Part shown: piece by piece, positions 63,197-64,000 of the stretch | How the letters are laid out: every line of letters begins with the position of its first letter | How positions within the stretch are numbered: the first letter of the stretch is position 1 | Source of the DNA: a virus | Direction: 5' to 3' (one strand) | Length of the DNA: 64,000 nt | Virus record (IMG/VR): IMGVR_UViG_3300023213_000432 | Coordinates: 84,144 to 148,143 of that record | Position numbers and translations under genes: made by a program | The notes under the pieces: model-generated | Database searches by the model: none | Seen by the model: the letters and a program-made list of their open reading frames with translations, nothing else | What the model was told of the DNA's origin: nothing

Positions 63197-63475
63197 ATGC
63201 AACAACTTAGAATTATCATGGAAGCCAACGAGAACGGACTATTGACTGCTGCAAATACTAACGTCTATTTGGATGATGAGCGGATTGGACTTATTCAAGA
63301 CATCAAAATTCATGCAGATGTTTTCAAATCATCTCCTCAAGTAGAAATTACCTTTCCTATAATTTTACCGGATAATCACCCCTTAAACGATCAGGTAGCT
63401 TATTATACTGGAGCACTTTCTGTTTTTCCCAATGTTTTGGTAATGGTTAAAGCGAATGAAGATATTCGCCCATAG
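63197..63475 (+). CDS. Hypothetical protein bracketed by two repeats
   Basis: 92 aa; SD GAGG. Confidence 0.7.
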   Translation: MQQLRIIMEANENGLLTAANTNVYLDDERIGLIQDIKIHADVFKSSPQVEITFPIILPDNHPLNDQVAYYTGALSVFPNVLVMVKANEDIRP

Positions 63476-63549
63476 GAATGTATGAATTAGTGAATCGACA
63501 TTTCCATGCAGATTATTGCCGAGTAGGGAAGCATCCACAGAAATGCAAT

Positions 63550-63585
63550 CATGCACTAGAATTATATTGCTCAGTATGCTGAGGC
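63550..63585 (+). repeat. Solitary CasPhi-like repeat
   Basis: CATGCACTAGAATTATATTGCTCAGTATGCTGAGGC. Confidence 0.7.
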
Positions 63586-63626
63586 GTGCCTCCTGAGTAA
63601 ATATAGCAACACGGAAGACAATAAAG

Positions 63627-63962
63627 ATGTTTAAATCCTATAGCTGGAAATATCTGGATTATGACTCAAAAACAGATCAATGGCGATACGAAATCACTAT
63701 CATGGATGTTGATTTTACTGAACCCGTTGCCGCCTCGGCCATCACAGCTGACTGGACCATCAACGACATCGCCGACGCCCTGATCGATATTTACTCTCGA
63801 AGAAATCTCAATGTGGCTGGCAATTTAGTATTGTTTATGCAATATGTAGAAAATAAATGGCCATGGCGAGATATTAAACGGCAAATTAAATGGTATCAGA
63901 AATACGTTCCCGGATATCAAAAATATCATGATCAAGTAATGGACTATCTAATATTTATGTGA
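63627..63962 (+). CDS. MF(K/R)S family paralogue 4; a probable fifth starts at 63975
   Basis: IDIYSRRNLNVAGNL...YHDQVMDYLIFM. Confidence 0.8.
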   Translation: MFKSYSWKYLDYDSKTDQWRYEITIMDVDFTEPVAASAITADWTINDIADALIDIYSRRNLNVAGNLVLFMQYVENKWPWRDIKRQIKWYQKYVPGYQKYHDQVMDYLIFM

Positions 63963-64000
63963 TAAAGAAGAAAAATGTTTAGATTTTATGATTGGAAATG

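Noticed and set aside
36232..63585. Conventional CRISPR array
   Set aside because: No two repeats are separated by a spacer-length interval; the closest pair is 460 nt apart
1..64000. Stop-codon reassignment
   Set aside because: Long conserved genes are uninterrupted in the standard code, TGA is used in many ATGA overlaps and several genes end at TAG

Overview
AT-rich, gene-dense, mostly + strand segment of a large (jumbo) bacteriophage genome in the standard genetic code. It is an accessory/early-gene region with no capsid, terminase or polymerase genes. Recognisable genes: Rnl5/DRB0094-type RNA ligase, rIIA/rIIB, 5'-3' exonuclease, DEDDh exoribonuclease, three Nudix genes, DNA adenine MTase, deaminase, PLP aminotransferase, kinase, vWA, GHKL ATPase-nuclease, di-heme cytochrome c, Phi-1/EXORDIUM-like lipoprotein, five free-standing homing-type endonucleases, an atypical tRNA-Ala(AGC) and several expanded paralogue families. 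Ten IS200/IS605-type insertions are present: one tnpB element, two isrB elements with omega-RNA, six gene-less derivatives and a 46-bp single-hairpin unit. Their target motifs (ATGAT, ACGAT, ATGAA) and empty sites can be read from the sequence. The most striking unexplained signal is five solitary, same-strand copies of a ~36-nt sequence ending ATTGCTC(A/G)G-T(T/A)(C/T)G-C(T/C)GAGAC (two are degenerate at the 3' end). It resembles the CasPhi/Cas12j CRISPR repeat but is not in an array: one copy is in-frame inside a protein-coding gene, one lies between a promoter and a terminator-like site, two bracket a small gene next to the tRNA, and two precede members of one paralogue family. No cas gene is in the window. 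All family assignments come from motif recognition by eye; no searches were run.
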